DNA of 64,000 bases from Opitutales bacterium (GTDB taxonomy: Bacteria > Verrucomicrobiota > Verrucomicrobiia > Opitutales > UBA2987): the NCBI GenBank assembly GCA_965226885.1, contig CBDDEL010000017.1:128001-192000 (forward strand). Reading direction: 5' to 3'. Below, piece after piece: positions 32,935 to 43,257 of the stretch. Each line of letters starts with the position of its first letter. Positions within the stretch are counted from its first letter, which is position 1. Made by a program: the position numbers and the translations under genes. The notes beneath the pieces are model-generated. The model saw only the letters and a list, made by a program, of their open reading frames with translations. It did not search any database and was not told the origin of the DNA.

Positions 32935-34509
32935 CCCGGATATTTCGTAAAAAAAGTATCGTTGATATGCTTAACTGCTGATATACAGCAGGATAGATCA
33001 ATAATTAAAGCAATATCAGCGATGACAAAAGGTAAACAATTAAAGCTACAGTTGACAAGGGTAAAAGGCCGCCAGGCCGCCGTGTGCGGGTTGATTTCAA
33101 GGGCGGAGAGGTTACTTCGGATGCCGGACTGCTTTTGATCCGGGAAGTGGATCGGCAGTTGGGCTTGACCGAACGAGCGGCCCGACAGTTAGTGGACAAA
33201 CGGCAGAAGGGCAAAGTACGCCATGAGGTATTGGGGATGCTGCGGCAGCGCGTTTACGGGCTGGTGGCGGGCTATGAGGATTTGAACGACTTTGATACCC
33301 TGCGCCACGATCCATTGTTGCAAACGGTAACGGGGCGCATTGAAACGTTGGCCAGCGCGCCGACTTTGTGTCGTTCTGAAAACGGGCAGGATCGGCGGGC
33401 GGCCTTTGCGGTAAACGAGCTGTTGGTCGAACAGTTCATGGGCTCCTTTGCCGAGGAACCCGAAGAGATCATCCTGGACTTTGACGCCACCGACACTCCG
33501 GTGCACGGGCTCCAGGAGGGACGTTTTTTCCACGGTTATTATGATCATTACTGTTTTCTGCCGCTATATGTTTTTTGCGGTGATCAGCTGCTGGTGGCCT
33601 ACCTGCGGCCGAGCAAGATCGATGCCAGCAAGCATGCCGGGGCCATCCTCAAATTGCTGGTTAAACGGATTCGCCAAAGCTGGCCCCGTACGCGGATTAT
33701 TTGGCGCGCCGACAGTGGATTTTGTCGAGACCGGATACTCTCTTGGTGCGACCGCAACGAAGTTAGTTACATCGTGGGGATGGCTCGCAATGCACGCTTG
33801 CAGCAAGACGCCCAGCAGTTGCAAAAGCAGGCCAAAGAATGGTTCGAACTAAGGGGTAAAAAACAACGGTTATTCCAGGACTTCGTCTATGCTGCCGATT
33901 CGTGGCGATGGCTGCGGTTGGTCATCCATAAAGCCGAACACACCGCACAGGGGTCCAACCCGCGCTTCGTGGTGACGAACCTGCCGGGCGATCCCCAGGA
34001 GCTTTACGACAAGGTATACTGTGGCCGCGGTGAAATGGAGAACCGAATCAAGGAACAGATGCAATTGTTCAGCGAGCGCACCAGCGCCCATCAATGGTGG
34101 GCCAATCAGTGGCGATTGCTCTTGTCGGCGCTGGCCTACACCTTGATGGAAGCCATGCGCCGGTTAGCCTTAAAAGGGACGAAGTGGGCGCGGGCCCAAT
34201 GCCACACCCTGCGGCTCAAATTAATCAAGATCGGAGCGGTCATCGTGCGCAACACCCGAACGATTCACTTTCACCTAAGTGAGAGTTATCCTTGGGCCAG
34301 TCTTTTCAACCATGCGGCCCGCCGATTGGTGCCAACCTAAAGGGTGCATTGGTGCTGCCCCCGGCACTACCGAACCAATGGGGGAAAGGGGGCAGTGTCT
34401 CTACACCCTGAAAAACACCTAAAAATCAAGACGATCTGCTCAAAATACAAAGAAATCCATCTCCAATAGCAATAACGAGCCAAACTTTACCCTTCATGAA
34501 ATATCCGGG
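32935..34509 (+). mobile_element. IS1380-family element, copy A (isoform 1); transposase frameshifted by an 8-bp duplication
   Basis: CCCGGATATTTC IRs, CTAG on both sides, AGGCCGCC duplicated at 33066-33081; TSDAG, LDFDATD, RADSGF and RGEMENRIKE motifs. Confidence 0.95.
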
Positions 34510-34671
34510 CTAGGAGGAACCAGGCAATAATCAATATAATCGCTCCGCTTCCAATCCCTCTCATACAGTACAAAGTAGGCAAATTTCGGTAATAAGGTAA
34601 TAATTCTATCGTATCTAATCATTGACTGCGTAAACGCTGCGTACAATATGTTCTGCAAATACAAATAAGTA

Positions 34672-34897
34672 ATGAAAACAATACTCGAAATACAATGCAG
34701 CGCTCGTAAAACACGTTCGCTAACCCGAAAATTATCCGCAGCCTATCTTCAAAAATGGCTGAAAGAACTTCCTGATACTCATGTCATCACACGAGACCTA
34801 TTGGACTTTCCTCCACCTTTTGTAACCGAAGAATGGATTGCCACCGTTTTTGGAGTTAAGGAAGAAGAATACAACACAAACCAGAAAGAGCTCTTAG
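34672..34897 (+). pseudogene. azoR: FMN-dependent NADH-azoreductase, N-terminal fragment
   Basis: MKTILEIQCSAR...SLTRKLS...ITRDL...PPPFVTEEWI; truncated by IS1380 copy B. Confidence 0.8.
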
Positions 34898-36464
34898 CCC
34901 GGATATTTCGTAAAAAAAGTATCGTTGATATGCTTAACTGCTGATATACAGCAGGATAGATCAATAATTAAAGCAATATCAGCGATGACAAAAGGTAAAC
35001 AATTAAAGCTACAGTTGACAAGGGTAAAAGGCCGCCGTGTGCGGGTTGATTTCAAGGGCGGAGAGGTTACTTCGGATGCCGGACTGCTTTTGATCCGGGA
35101 AGTGGATCGGCAGTTGGGCTTGACCGAACGAGCGGCCCGACAGTTAGTGGACAAACGGCAGAAGGGCAAAGTACGCCATGAGGTATTGGGGATGCTGCGG
35201 CAGCGCGTTTACGGGCTGGTGGCGGGCTATGAGGATTTGAACGACTTTGATACCCTGCGCCACGAGCCATTGTTGCAAACGGTAACGGGGCGCATTGAAA
35301 CGTTGGCCAGCGCGCCGACTTTGTGTCGTTTTGAAAACGGGCAGGATCGGCGGGCGGCCTTTGCGGTAAACGAGCTGTTGGTCGAACAGTTCATGGGCTC
35401 CTTTGCCGAGGAACCCGAAGAGATCATCCTGGACTTTGACGGCACCGACAATCCGGTGCACGGGCTCCAGGAGGGACGTTTTTTCCACGGTTATTATGAT
35501 CATTACTGTTTTCTGCCGCTATATGTTTTTTGCGGTGATCAGCTGCTGGTGGCCTACCTGCGGCCGAGCAAGATCGATGCCAGCAAGCATGCCGGGGCCA
35601 TCCTCAAATTGCTGGTTAAACGGATTCGCCAAAGCTGGCCCCGTACGCGGATTATTTGGCGCGCCGACAGTGGATTTTGTCGAGACCGGATACTCTCTTG
35701 GTGCGACCGCAACGAAGTTAGTTACATCGTGGGGATGGCTCGCAATGCACGCTTGCAGCAAGACGCCCAGCAGTTGCAAAAGCAGGCCAAAGAATGGTTC
35801 GAACTAAGGGGTAAAAAACAACGGTTATTCCAGGACTTCGTCTATGCTGCCGATTCGTGGCGATGGCTGCGGTTGGTCATCCATAAAGCCGAACACACCG
35901 CACAGGGGTCCAACCCGCGCTTCGTGGTGACGAACCTGCCGGGCGATCCCCAGGAGCTTTACGACAAGGTATACTGTGGCCGCGGTGAAATGGAGAACCG
36001 GATCAAGGAACAGATGCAATTGTTCAGCGAGCGCACCAGCGCCCATCAATGGTGGGCCAATCAGTGGCGATTGCTCTTGTCGGCGCTGGCCTACACCTTG
36101 ATGGAAGCCATGCGCCGGTTAGCCTTAAAAGGGACGAAGTGGGCGCGGGCCCAATGCCACACCCTGCGGCTCAAATTAATCAAGATCGGAGCGGTCATCG
36201 TGCGCAACACCCGAACGATTCACTTTCACCTAAGTGAGAGTTATCCTTGGGCCAGTCTTTTCAACCATGCGGCCCGCCGATTGGTGCCAACCTAAAGGGT
36301 GCATTGGTGCTGCCCCCGGCACTACCGAACCAATGGGGGAAAGGGGGCAGTGTCTCTACACCCTGAAAAACACCTAAAAATCAAGACGATCTGCTCAAAA
36401 TACAAAGAAATCCATCTCCAATAGCAATAACGAGCCAAACTTTACCCTTCATGAAATATCCGGG
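34898..36464 (+). mobile_element. IS1380-family element, copy B (isoform 1; transposase 34985-36295 intact)
   Basis: 1567 bp; flanks TTAG and CTAA do not match. Confidence 0.95.
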
Positions 36465-36581
36465 CTAACTCAATTATAGAACCCTTTTTTGGCCGGATCG
36501 AGCAAAAACTTGCTCTTTCCGGCTCTTTTTATCAACGTCATCCAGTTGACTATAAAATCTTTATATTTTTGGGACAGCCTC
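36465..36581 (-). mobile_element. 117-bp remnant: left end of the IS5/ISNCY-like element
   Basis: Reverse complement of 25369-25485. Confidence 0.92.
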
Positions 36582-36643
36582 TACCCTATCATTCAACCGG
36601 CAAATCCGCCCATAAATACATTTTTTTGTTAGTATTGGGATTT

Positions 36644-37789
36644 TTAGTGGGAGTTGTCCGCATCTCCTTTTTCATATTTTTCTATCCATTGAAGATGCCA
36701 AGAGTCGAAATCTCCTCTTTGCAGGCGCTGGCGGGCTTGTTCCATTAAATCGAGGTAAAAATGGACGTTGTGTATAGTCAGCAGGACGCTGGCCAGGATT
36801 TCTTCCGCCACAAGAAGATGCCGCAAGTAGGCGCGGGTGAAGTTTAGACATGTGTAATTGTCCATACCTTCGACCAATGGACGGCGGTCATCGCGGAATC
36901 GTTGGTTACGAAGGTTGATTTTTCCCCAAGGAGTGTAAGCCGTGCCGTGGCGGGCGGCCCGGGTAGGTATAACGCAATCGAACATATCCACTCCCAAAGC
37001 GATCATTTTAAGCAATTGGGGCGGCGTCCCCAGGCCCATAACGTAGCGCGGTTTGTCATCGGGCAAAAGCGGAGCTGTCCAGGAAACCTGTTCCAGCATC
37101 ATCGGTTCCGGTTCCCCCACAGCCACCCCGCCCACCGCGAAACCGCAAAAATCCATGGCGGCAATGGCCTCGGCGCATTCTTTTCTTAAATGCTCAAAAA
37201 CGGAACCTTGCACAATACCGAAGAGATGACGCCCGGCCTCAAAGAAACCATTTTCCCGCGCGGTTTGAAGGCTTTGAGCCGCCCAACGGACGGTGCGTTC
37301 ATTAGCCTCACGGCAAGCCTCTTCCTGACAGGGATAGGCCGGGCATTCATCGAGAACCATGGCGATGTCCGAGCCCAGATTTCGCTGAATATTGATCGAT
37401 TCGGCAGGTCCCAGAAAAAATTTGTCTCCACTAAGGTGGGACCGAAAATGGATGCCCTCCGGGGTGATTTTTCGAAGTTTGGCCAGGCTGAAAACCTGAA
37501 AACCGCCGCTGTCTGTCAAAATGGGCCCGTCCCAGCTCATAAAACTATGCAATCCGCCAAGGTCGCGGACGAGATCGGAGGCGGGCCGCAAATGCAGGTG
37601 GTAGGTGTTGGCGAGAAGAACCTGGCAACCGATATCCCGCAGTTGGGCCGGCGTTGTCGCCTTTACCGTGGCCTGGGTTCCCACCGGCATGAAAATCGGT
37701 GTCTCGATTTTTCCATGGGCGGTGTGCATCAACCCGAGCCGGGCCGCCGTTTTTGTCTGGCAGGGAAATGTTTGAAAAAAACCACTCAT
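36644..37789 (-). CDS. tgt: Queuine tRNA-ribosyltransferase
   Basis: TPIFMPVGT, NTYHL, TDSGGFQVFSL and DMFDCVIPTR motifs. Confidence 0.97.
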   Translation of the reverse strand: MSGFFQTFPCQTKTAARLGLMHTAHGKIETPIFMPVGTQATVKATTPAQLRDIGCQVLLANTYHLHLRPASDLVRDLGGLHSFMSWDGPILTDSGGFQVFSLAKLRKITPEGIHFRSHLSGDKFFLGPAESINIQRNLGSDIAMVLDECPAYPCQEEACREANERTVRWAAQSLQTARENGFFEAGRHLFGIVQGSVFEHLRKECAEAIAAMDFCGFAVGGVAVGEPEPMMLEQVSWTAPLLPDDKPRYVMGLGTPPQLLKMIALGVDMFDCVIPTRAARHGTAYTPWGKINLRNQRFRDDRRPLVEGMDNYTCLNFTRAYLRHLLVAEEILASVLLTIHNVHFYLDLMEQARQRLQRGDFDSWHLQWIEKYEKGDADNSH

Positions 37790-37980
37790 ATCCGTTTAAC
37801 AATCGTAAACCTTCTTTGCTACCCCACCCTGCCTTGGCCGCCGGTGGAAATCAAAACTTAATTGCCGGAACCGGCATTTTCAACCAACGCAGGCGGCTTT
37901 GCAGGTGTCTTATTTACCTGGTTTTACCCCCGCCGATGGGCTTGACCCTGCGGCCTGCGACGGCATCATAGGCAATTGTC

Positions 37981-38544
37981 ATGATGCTCGTGATCGACAA
38001 CTACGATTCGTTTACCTACAACCTAGTGCAATATTTCGGCGCTCTGGGAGTCTCCCAAAAGGTTGTTCGCAACAATGACCTTTCCGCTACCCAAGCGCTC
38101 GCCCTGAATCCTGATCGGGTGGTCATTTCACCGGGGCCCTGCACCCCCGACGAGGCCGGAAGCAGCCTCGAAATGGTGGGCGCCTTTGCCGGAAATACAC
38201 CAGTTTTAGGGGTCTGCCTCGGGCATCAATGCATCGGGCAGTATTTCGGTGGCCGCGTGGTTAGGGCCGAACGGCTCATGCACGGAAAAACATCCACCAT
38301 CAAGCATAACGGGGGACCACTGTTCGAGGGGTTGGATGCTCAATTTACAGCCACCCGTTATCATTCCCTCATCCTCGACCGCCCAACCCTGCCCGATTGT
38401 TTCGAGATAACGGCGGAAGCGGCGGAAAACGAGATTATGGGAATCAAACACCGCGAACTGCCGCTGTGGGGCGTCCAGTTTCATCCCGAATCCTACGCCA
38501 CCAAGTGCGGCATGGATATTTTGAAGAATTTTTTGCGACTGTAA
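37981..38544 (+). CDS. trpG: Anthranilate/aminodeoxychorismate synthase glutamine amidotransferase (TrpG/PabA)
   Basis: [23 protein letters not shown] and QFHPES motifs; trpG and pabA cannot be distinguished here. Confidence 0.9.
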   Translation: MMLVIDNYDSFTYNLVQYFGALGVSQKVVRNNDLSATQALALNPDRVVISPGPCTPDEAGSSLEMVGAFAGNTPVLGVCLGHQCIGQYFGGRVVRAERLMHGKTSTIKHNGGPLFEGLDAQFTATRYHSLILDRPTLPDCFEITAEAAENEIMGIKHRELPLWGVQFHPESYATKCGMDILKNFLRL

Positions 38545-38557
38545 TTTTTTTAAAATT

Positions 38558-39013
38558 ATGCAATGCCCTAAATGCAACGAGCAGGACACCAGGGTGATCG
38601 ATTCCCGAGTCGGAAAAAACGGCCGCACCATCCGCCGCCGCCGCCAATGCACCCAGTGCCAATTCCGCTTTAACACCATCGAGGAAGTCATGCGCGAAAA
38701 CCTCATGATTATCAAACGGGACGGGCGCAGGGAAGATTTCGACCGCAACAAAATCCTCAACGGTATCAGGCGCGCCTGCGAAAAACGGCCCATCGACCTG
38801 GAACAAATCAACATGCTCATTTCCGACGTCATGCTGGCCCTCGAGGAGGAGCACGACTCCGAAATTCCAGGCCGCAAAATCGGTCAGCTGGTCATGGACA
38901 AACTGAAAAATATTGACCAGATCGCCTATGTTCGATTTGCCAGTGTTTACAAAGATTTCGGCGATATTTCGGAGATGGCCAAAGAAATTTCCGAACTCAA
39001 AAAGAATCCATGA
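38558..39013 (+). CDS. nrdR: Transcriptional repressor NrdR
   Basis: CPKC...VIDSR...RRRRQC, ATP cone and AYVRFASVY. Confidence 0.97.
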   Translation: MQCPKCNEQDTRVIDSRVGKNGRTIRRRRQCTQCQFRFNTIEEVMRENLMIIKRDGRREDFDRNKILNGIRRACEKRPIDLEQINMLISDVMLALEEEHDSEIPGRKIGQLVMDKLKNIDQIAYVRFASVYKDFGDISEMAKEISELKKNP

Positions 39014-39480
39014 AAACCCATAACGAACTGGCCAAAGCGCATTGCCTGCATTCCCTTTTCGGTAGGGTCACCGGCCGCGATCCTTACCTCACCGGTCAGA
39101 TCAAAAATGCCATCGAGTTTTCCCTAACCGGTTCCATCGACCGCAAAGCGCCCCTCAACACATTCACCGAAGCCGCCCTCGAGCTTTTTAAAAAGCAGCA
39201 CCCGTTGCCGCCATCGTGGGGGTTTGCCCACATGGACCTGGGCCAAAAACCATTCGACCCCCTCTGGGTGCGCACGGAATTTATTAAAAGCCTGAAACGC
39301 CTGGCCGGTTACAACGAAAATCTCCTTGTCATTAGCGGGTTGCGGCAATCTCTCTGCCCGCCGGGCAAGTATTGGACTCGCCGTACGCGAAAACGCTACC
39401 GGGACGCCTTGGGCTATATCGACGATTTGGCTGCCAAATGGACCACCCCCAACACCGCCCTGACCGTTCTTTGCTTATAA
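39010..39480 (+). CDS. Hypothetical protein
   Basis: 156 aa; start overlaps the nrdR stop (ATGA). Confidence 0.75.
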   Translation: MKTHNELAKAHCLHSLFGRVTGRDPYLTGQIKNAIEFSLTGSIDRKAPLNTFTEAALELFKKQHPLPPSWGFAHMDLGQKPFDPLWVRTEFIKSLKRLAGYNENLLVISGLRQSLCPPGKYWTRRTRKRYRDALGYIDDLAAKWTTPNTALTVLCL

Positions 39481-39487
39481 AAAATTT

Positions 39488-40289
39488 GGTAGTGTATTAA
39501 GTAGGAATGGTGGCTAATTCTTGATTATATTGATGAATGAAAAGTCTCAGACAGGTTTCATGCATACTCTTAAGCTTGGAAAAGGAGAGGGTTTTGCGTG
39601 TGAAACGACCCAGTCGTTGGCGCAGGGTATTGTTCCATCGTTCCACATGGGCCGTTTCACCGGTTTCTTTTCCCACGGATCGGTTATGAGGAAAGACTTC
39701 ATCATAAGTGCTCCAAAAGTCGCTGTAGGTGGCACATCTTTTGTAGGCCCGTGGCAGACGCTCGTAAAGTTCCCGGCAACGATACCAATCCCGAGGCCCA
39801 ATGGCATAGGAGAGGATTTGACGGGTGCGTCGGCAAAGAGCGATCCAAACCCATTGGGCATCGCTCTTGCGCCCCACAAAAGACCACAGTTCGTCCAGTT
39901 CAATGACATCATGGCGGCGGGCCGCAAGAATCGTGCTTTTGAGCGGTCGCAGCGATTGTCGTTTTTTTTAACCAACTCAAAACGGTGTTGGGACTCACCC
40001 CGAAGGCGCGCTGTAAACCGCGTAGACTGCTGCGTTCCTGATAGACTCGAAGGATCATTTCTTTTTGCTCTTCGGTGTATTTCACTGTGGGGTTTTCGCG
40101 GCTTTGTTTACCACAATCATGGCAGCGGTAGCGCTGTTTATGGTTGGGCGTCTTGCCAAATTTAATGATATTTTCACTTCCACAGTGCCGACAATTAATA
40201 ATTTTAGTAACCATGCACTAAGAATAAACTGCCTAACGCTATTTGTACAGCTAAAAATACCAAATAACATTCTTTTTTTATACACTACC
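39488..40289 (-). mobile_element. IS1-family element, copy 2
   Basis: 802 bp; 8-bp TSD AAAAATTT (39480-39487 / 40290-40297). Confidence 0.95.
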
Positions 40290-40349
40290 AAAAATTTAAT
40301 CACTCTATCAAACAAGCAAGCCTTACGGCAAAACACTGACCCCAGACCA

Positions 40350-40697
40350 ATGACCGACGAAAAAACCATTTTTGAAAAAATCATCGACCGTGAAATACCG
40401 GCTCAGATCGAGTTCGAGGACGACCGCTGCATCGCCATTCACGACCTCAACCCGCAAGCGCCACTGCACCTGCTGGTCATCCCCAAAAAACTGATCCCCC
40501 GTGTCGGTGAGGCTGAGGATGCGGACGAAGCCCTGCTCGGCCACCTCCTGCTCATCGCCCGTGATATTGCCAAAAAAAGAGAACTCAGCAAAGGCTTCCG
40601 CATCGTCATCAACAACGGCCCCCACGGAGGCGAAAGCGTTCCGCACCTCCACGTCCACCTCCTCGCCGGCCGCCACATGACCTGGCCCCCCGGCTGA
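40350..40697 (+). CDS. hinT: Histidine triad nucleotide-binding protein
   Basis: TIFEKII, PQAPLH and HLHVHLL motifs; true start is ATG 40350. Confidence 0.93.
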   Translation: MTDEKTIFEKIIDREIPAQIEFEDDRCIAIHDLNPQAPLHLLVIPKKLIPRVGEAEDADEALLGHLLLIARDIAKKRELSKGFRIVINNGPHGGESVPHLHVHLLAGRHMTWPPG

Positions 40698-40740
40698 TCA
40701 TTAGGATAGAAGGCACACCGTAGTAACGAAGATGCCAAAG

Positions 40741-42045
40741 TGATGTGCACTGGAAAAAGTGGACACGAGATTCTCCTAAATGGAGAATCGAAGCATGGGA
40801 AGAAGACGCTTTAGTATAGAGTTCAAAAATGAGGCAGTTCAACTGATGATACTCGATGGTCTGAGCGCCACCGAGGCATCGACCAAACTTGGGGTCAACA
40901 CCAACCAATTGTATAGGTGGAAGAGGCTCTATCTGGACGATCAGCAGGGCGAAGTCACCTCAAAGCGACAGAGCAGTCCGAAGGAGATGGCGGCCGAGAT
41001 AGATCGTCTTCGCAAAGAGCTGCGCCGCTCGGAGCGGATCAACCAGATACTAAAAAAAACGGTGGGCTACTTTGCCAAGGACGAACAATGAAGTACCAGT
41101 TTGTCAAAGACAACGAGGGGCGCTTCAAGATCGAGGAAATATGCTCGGCGATGGGGATTTGTCGCAGTGGCTATTACTGCTGGAGGCACCGAGCGCCCTC
41201 GGCCCGGCGGATCGAGGACGAGGGAATCAAGGGGGCGATCCTGAAGGTACACAAAGAGGCCAATGCACCGCCATCTGAAGGATGATGAGGGCATCGATTG
41301 CGGCCGTGACCGGGCTCTGCGTCTGATGCGTGAAATGGGAATCAAAAGCACCCAGAGTAAGCGCTTTAAGCCATTAAAAACCAACAGTAACCATCCCTAT
41401 GGTTACAGCCCCAATGTGCTTAAAAAGCATGGCCAGCCGACCCATATCGACGAGGTCTGGGTGGCGGACACGACCTACCTACGGACCCTGGCCGGTTGGA
41501 TGTACTTGGCCACGGTGATGGACCTGTTCAGCCGACGCCTGCTGGGCTGGAGCGTTTCCAACCACAACGACGCGAAGCTGGTTGGCAAGGCCCTCAAAGC
41601 CGCGGCCATGACCCGCGGCACACTGCGCACCGGGATTATTCATCACAGCGATCGGGGCAGCCCCTACGCCAGCGACGACTATCAGAGGCTGGTCTCTGAA
41701 CTAGGCATGAAGCCGAGCATGAGCGCCCAAGGCAACTGCTACGACAACGCGGCCATGGAATCGTTCTACGGCCGCTTCAAGACCAGCACGATTCGAGGCC
41801 GCCACTTTGCCGACGAGCGCGAACTGCGATCAACTGTCTTCGAATACGTGGAAATCTTCTACAACCGATATCGCAAACATTCCTCTCTGAGTTACCAAAG
41901 CCCAGTCCAATTCGAGGAAAATATTTGCCCCCCATGGGGGGCAACGAGAAAACAAAACCCTTTACCAAAACAAGCCGCCTGACACACTAATCAATAAACA
42001 ATGAATATAAGAGAATCCCGTGTCCAACAAATCCAGTACACGTCA
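40741..42045 (+). mobile_element. IS3-family element (orfA 40780-41091; orfB 41088-41982 broken near 41260)
   Basis: TG...CA imperfect IRs, 4-bp TSD AAAG, A-run frameshift site, WVADTTY, HSDRG and DNAAMESF motifs. Confidence 0.93.
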
Positions 42046-42123
42046 AAAGCCCAAGTGGCGTTGAATAAATACCCACTGGCAGCAAAAGATTGTTTAGGTG
42101 AATGAATAATATAAATGTGACCA

Positions 42124-42417
42124 ATGAGTACTGAATCATACCTTTGTGAGAAGTGCGGTCATCAAGAACCTAGACCATTCCTGAGATGTCCAAGCTGTAA
42201 AAAGCTGTGTGGTTATTCGAAACCATGGTTATACTTTAGCATACAATTTGCATATACATATACGTTAATTGCTATCGGATTCTTGTTAACGTGGGGATTT
42301 GATCTATCTAAAACGTTCAAAATTTATTGTATGATTGCGTTATTTATTTCATTAATTATTACGATTCGTACAATTTTCTATATCTTATTAATCCGGCAAT
42401 TGAATAGTAACAGTTAA
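42124..42417 (+). CDS. Small low-GC membrane protein with N-terminal CxxC..CxxC zinc ribbon
   Basis: CEKC...CPSC followed by two hydrophobic helices. Confidence 0.6.
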   Translation: MSTESYLCEKCGHQEPRPFLRCPSCKKLCGYSKPWLYFSIQFAYTYTLIAIGFLLTWGFDLSKTFKIYCMIALFISLIITIRTIFYILLIRQLNSNS

Positions 42418-42455
42418 GCGGCGTATTGAACATCCCGATGATGGAAGAGTTTTTT

Positions 42456-43257
42456 GGTAGTGTATAAAAAAAGAATGTTATTTTGTATTTTTAGCTGTAC
42501 AAATAGCGTTAGGCAGTTTATTCTTAGTGCATGGTTACTAAAATTATTAATTGTCGGCACTGTGGAAGTGAAAATATCATTAAATTTGGCAAGACACCCA
42601 ACCATAAACAGCGCTACCGCTGCCATGATTGTGGTAAACAAAGCCGCGAAAACCCCACAGTGAAATACACCGAAGAGCAAAAAGAAATGATCCTTCGAGT
42701 CTATCAGGAACGCAGCAGTCTACGCGGTTTACAGCGCGCCTTCGGGGTGAGTCCCAACACCGTTTTGAGTTGGTTAAAAAAAACGACAATCGCTGCGACC
42801 GCTCAAAAGCACGATTCTTGCGGCCCGCCGCCATGATGTCATTGAACTGGACGAACTGTGGTCTTTTGTGGGGCGCAAGAGCGATGCCCAATGGGTTTGG
42901 ATCGCTCTTTGCCGACGCACCCGTCAAATCCTCTCCTATGCCATTGGGCCTCGGGAGTGGTATCGTTGCCGGGAACTTTACGAGCGTCTGCCACGGGCCT
43001 ACAAAAGATGTGCCACCTACAGCGACTTTTGGAGCACTTATGATGAAGTCTTTCCTCATAACCGATCCGTGGGAAAAGAAACCGGTGAAACGGCCCATGT
43101 GGAACGATGGAACAATACCCTGCGCCAACGACTGGGTCGTTTCACACGCAAAACCCTCTCCTTTTCCAAGCTTAAGAGTATGCATGAAACCTGTCTGAGA
43201 CTTTTCATTCATCAATATAATCAAGAATTAGCCACCATTCCTACTTAATACACTACC
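42456..43257 (+). mobile_element. IS1-family element, copy 3 (no TSD)
   Basis: 802 bp; flanks AGTTTTTT and ATATAGTG differ. Confidence 0.95.

Noticed and set aside
34925..34984. TTG-started 456-aa form of the IS1380 transposase
   Set aside because: Isoform 2 has CTG at that position and its ORF starts at the ATG; the shared ATG (436 aa) is the more plausible start.
40065..40349. Long N-terminal extension of hinT (210-aa ORF)
   Set aside because: The extension is read-through from IS1 sequence; the HIT domain starts at ATG 40350.
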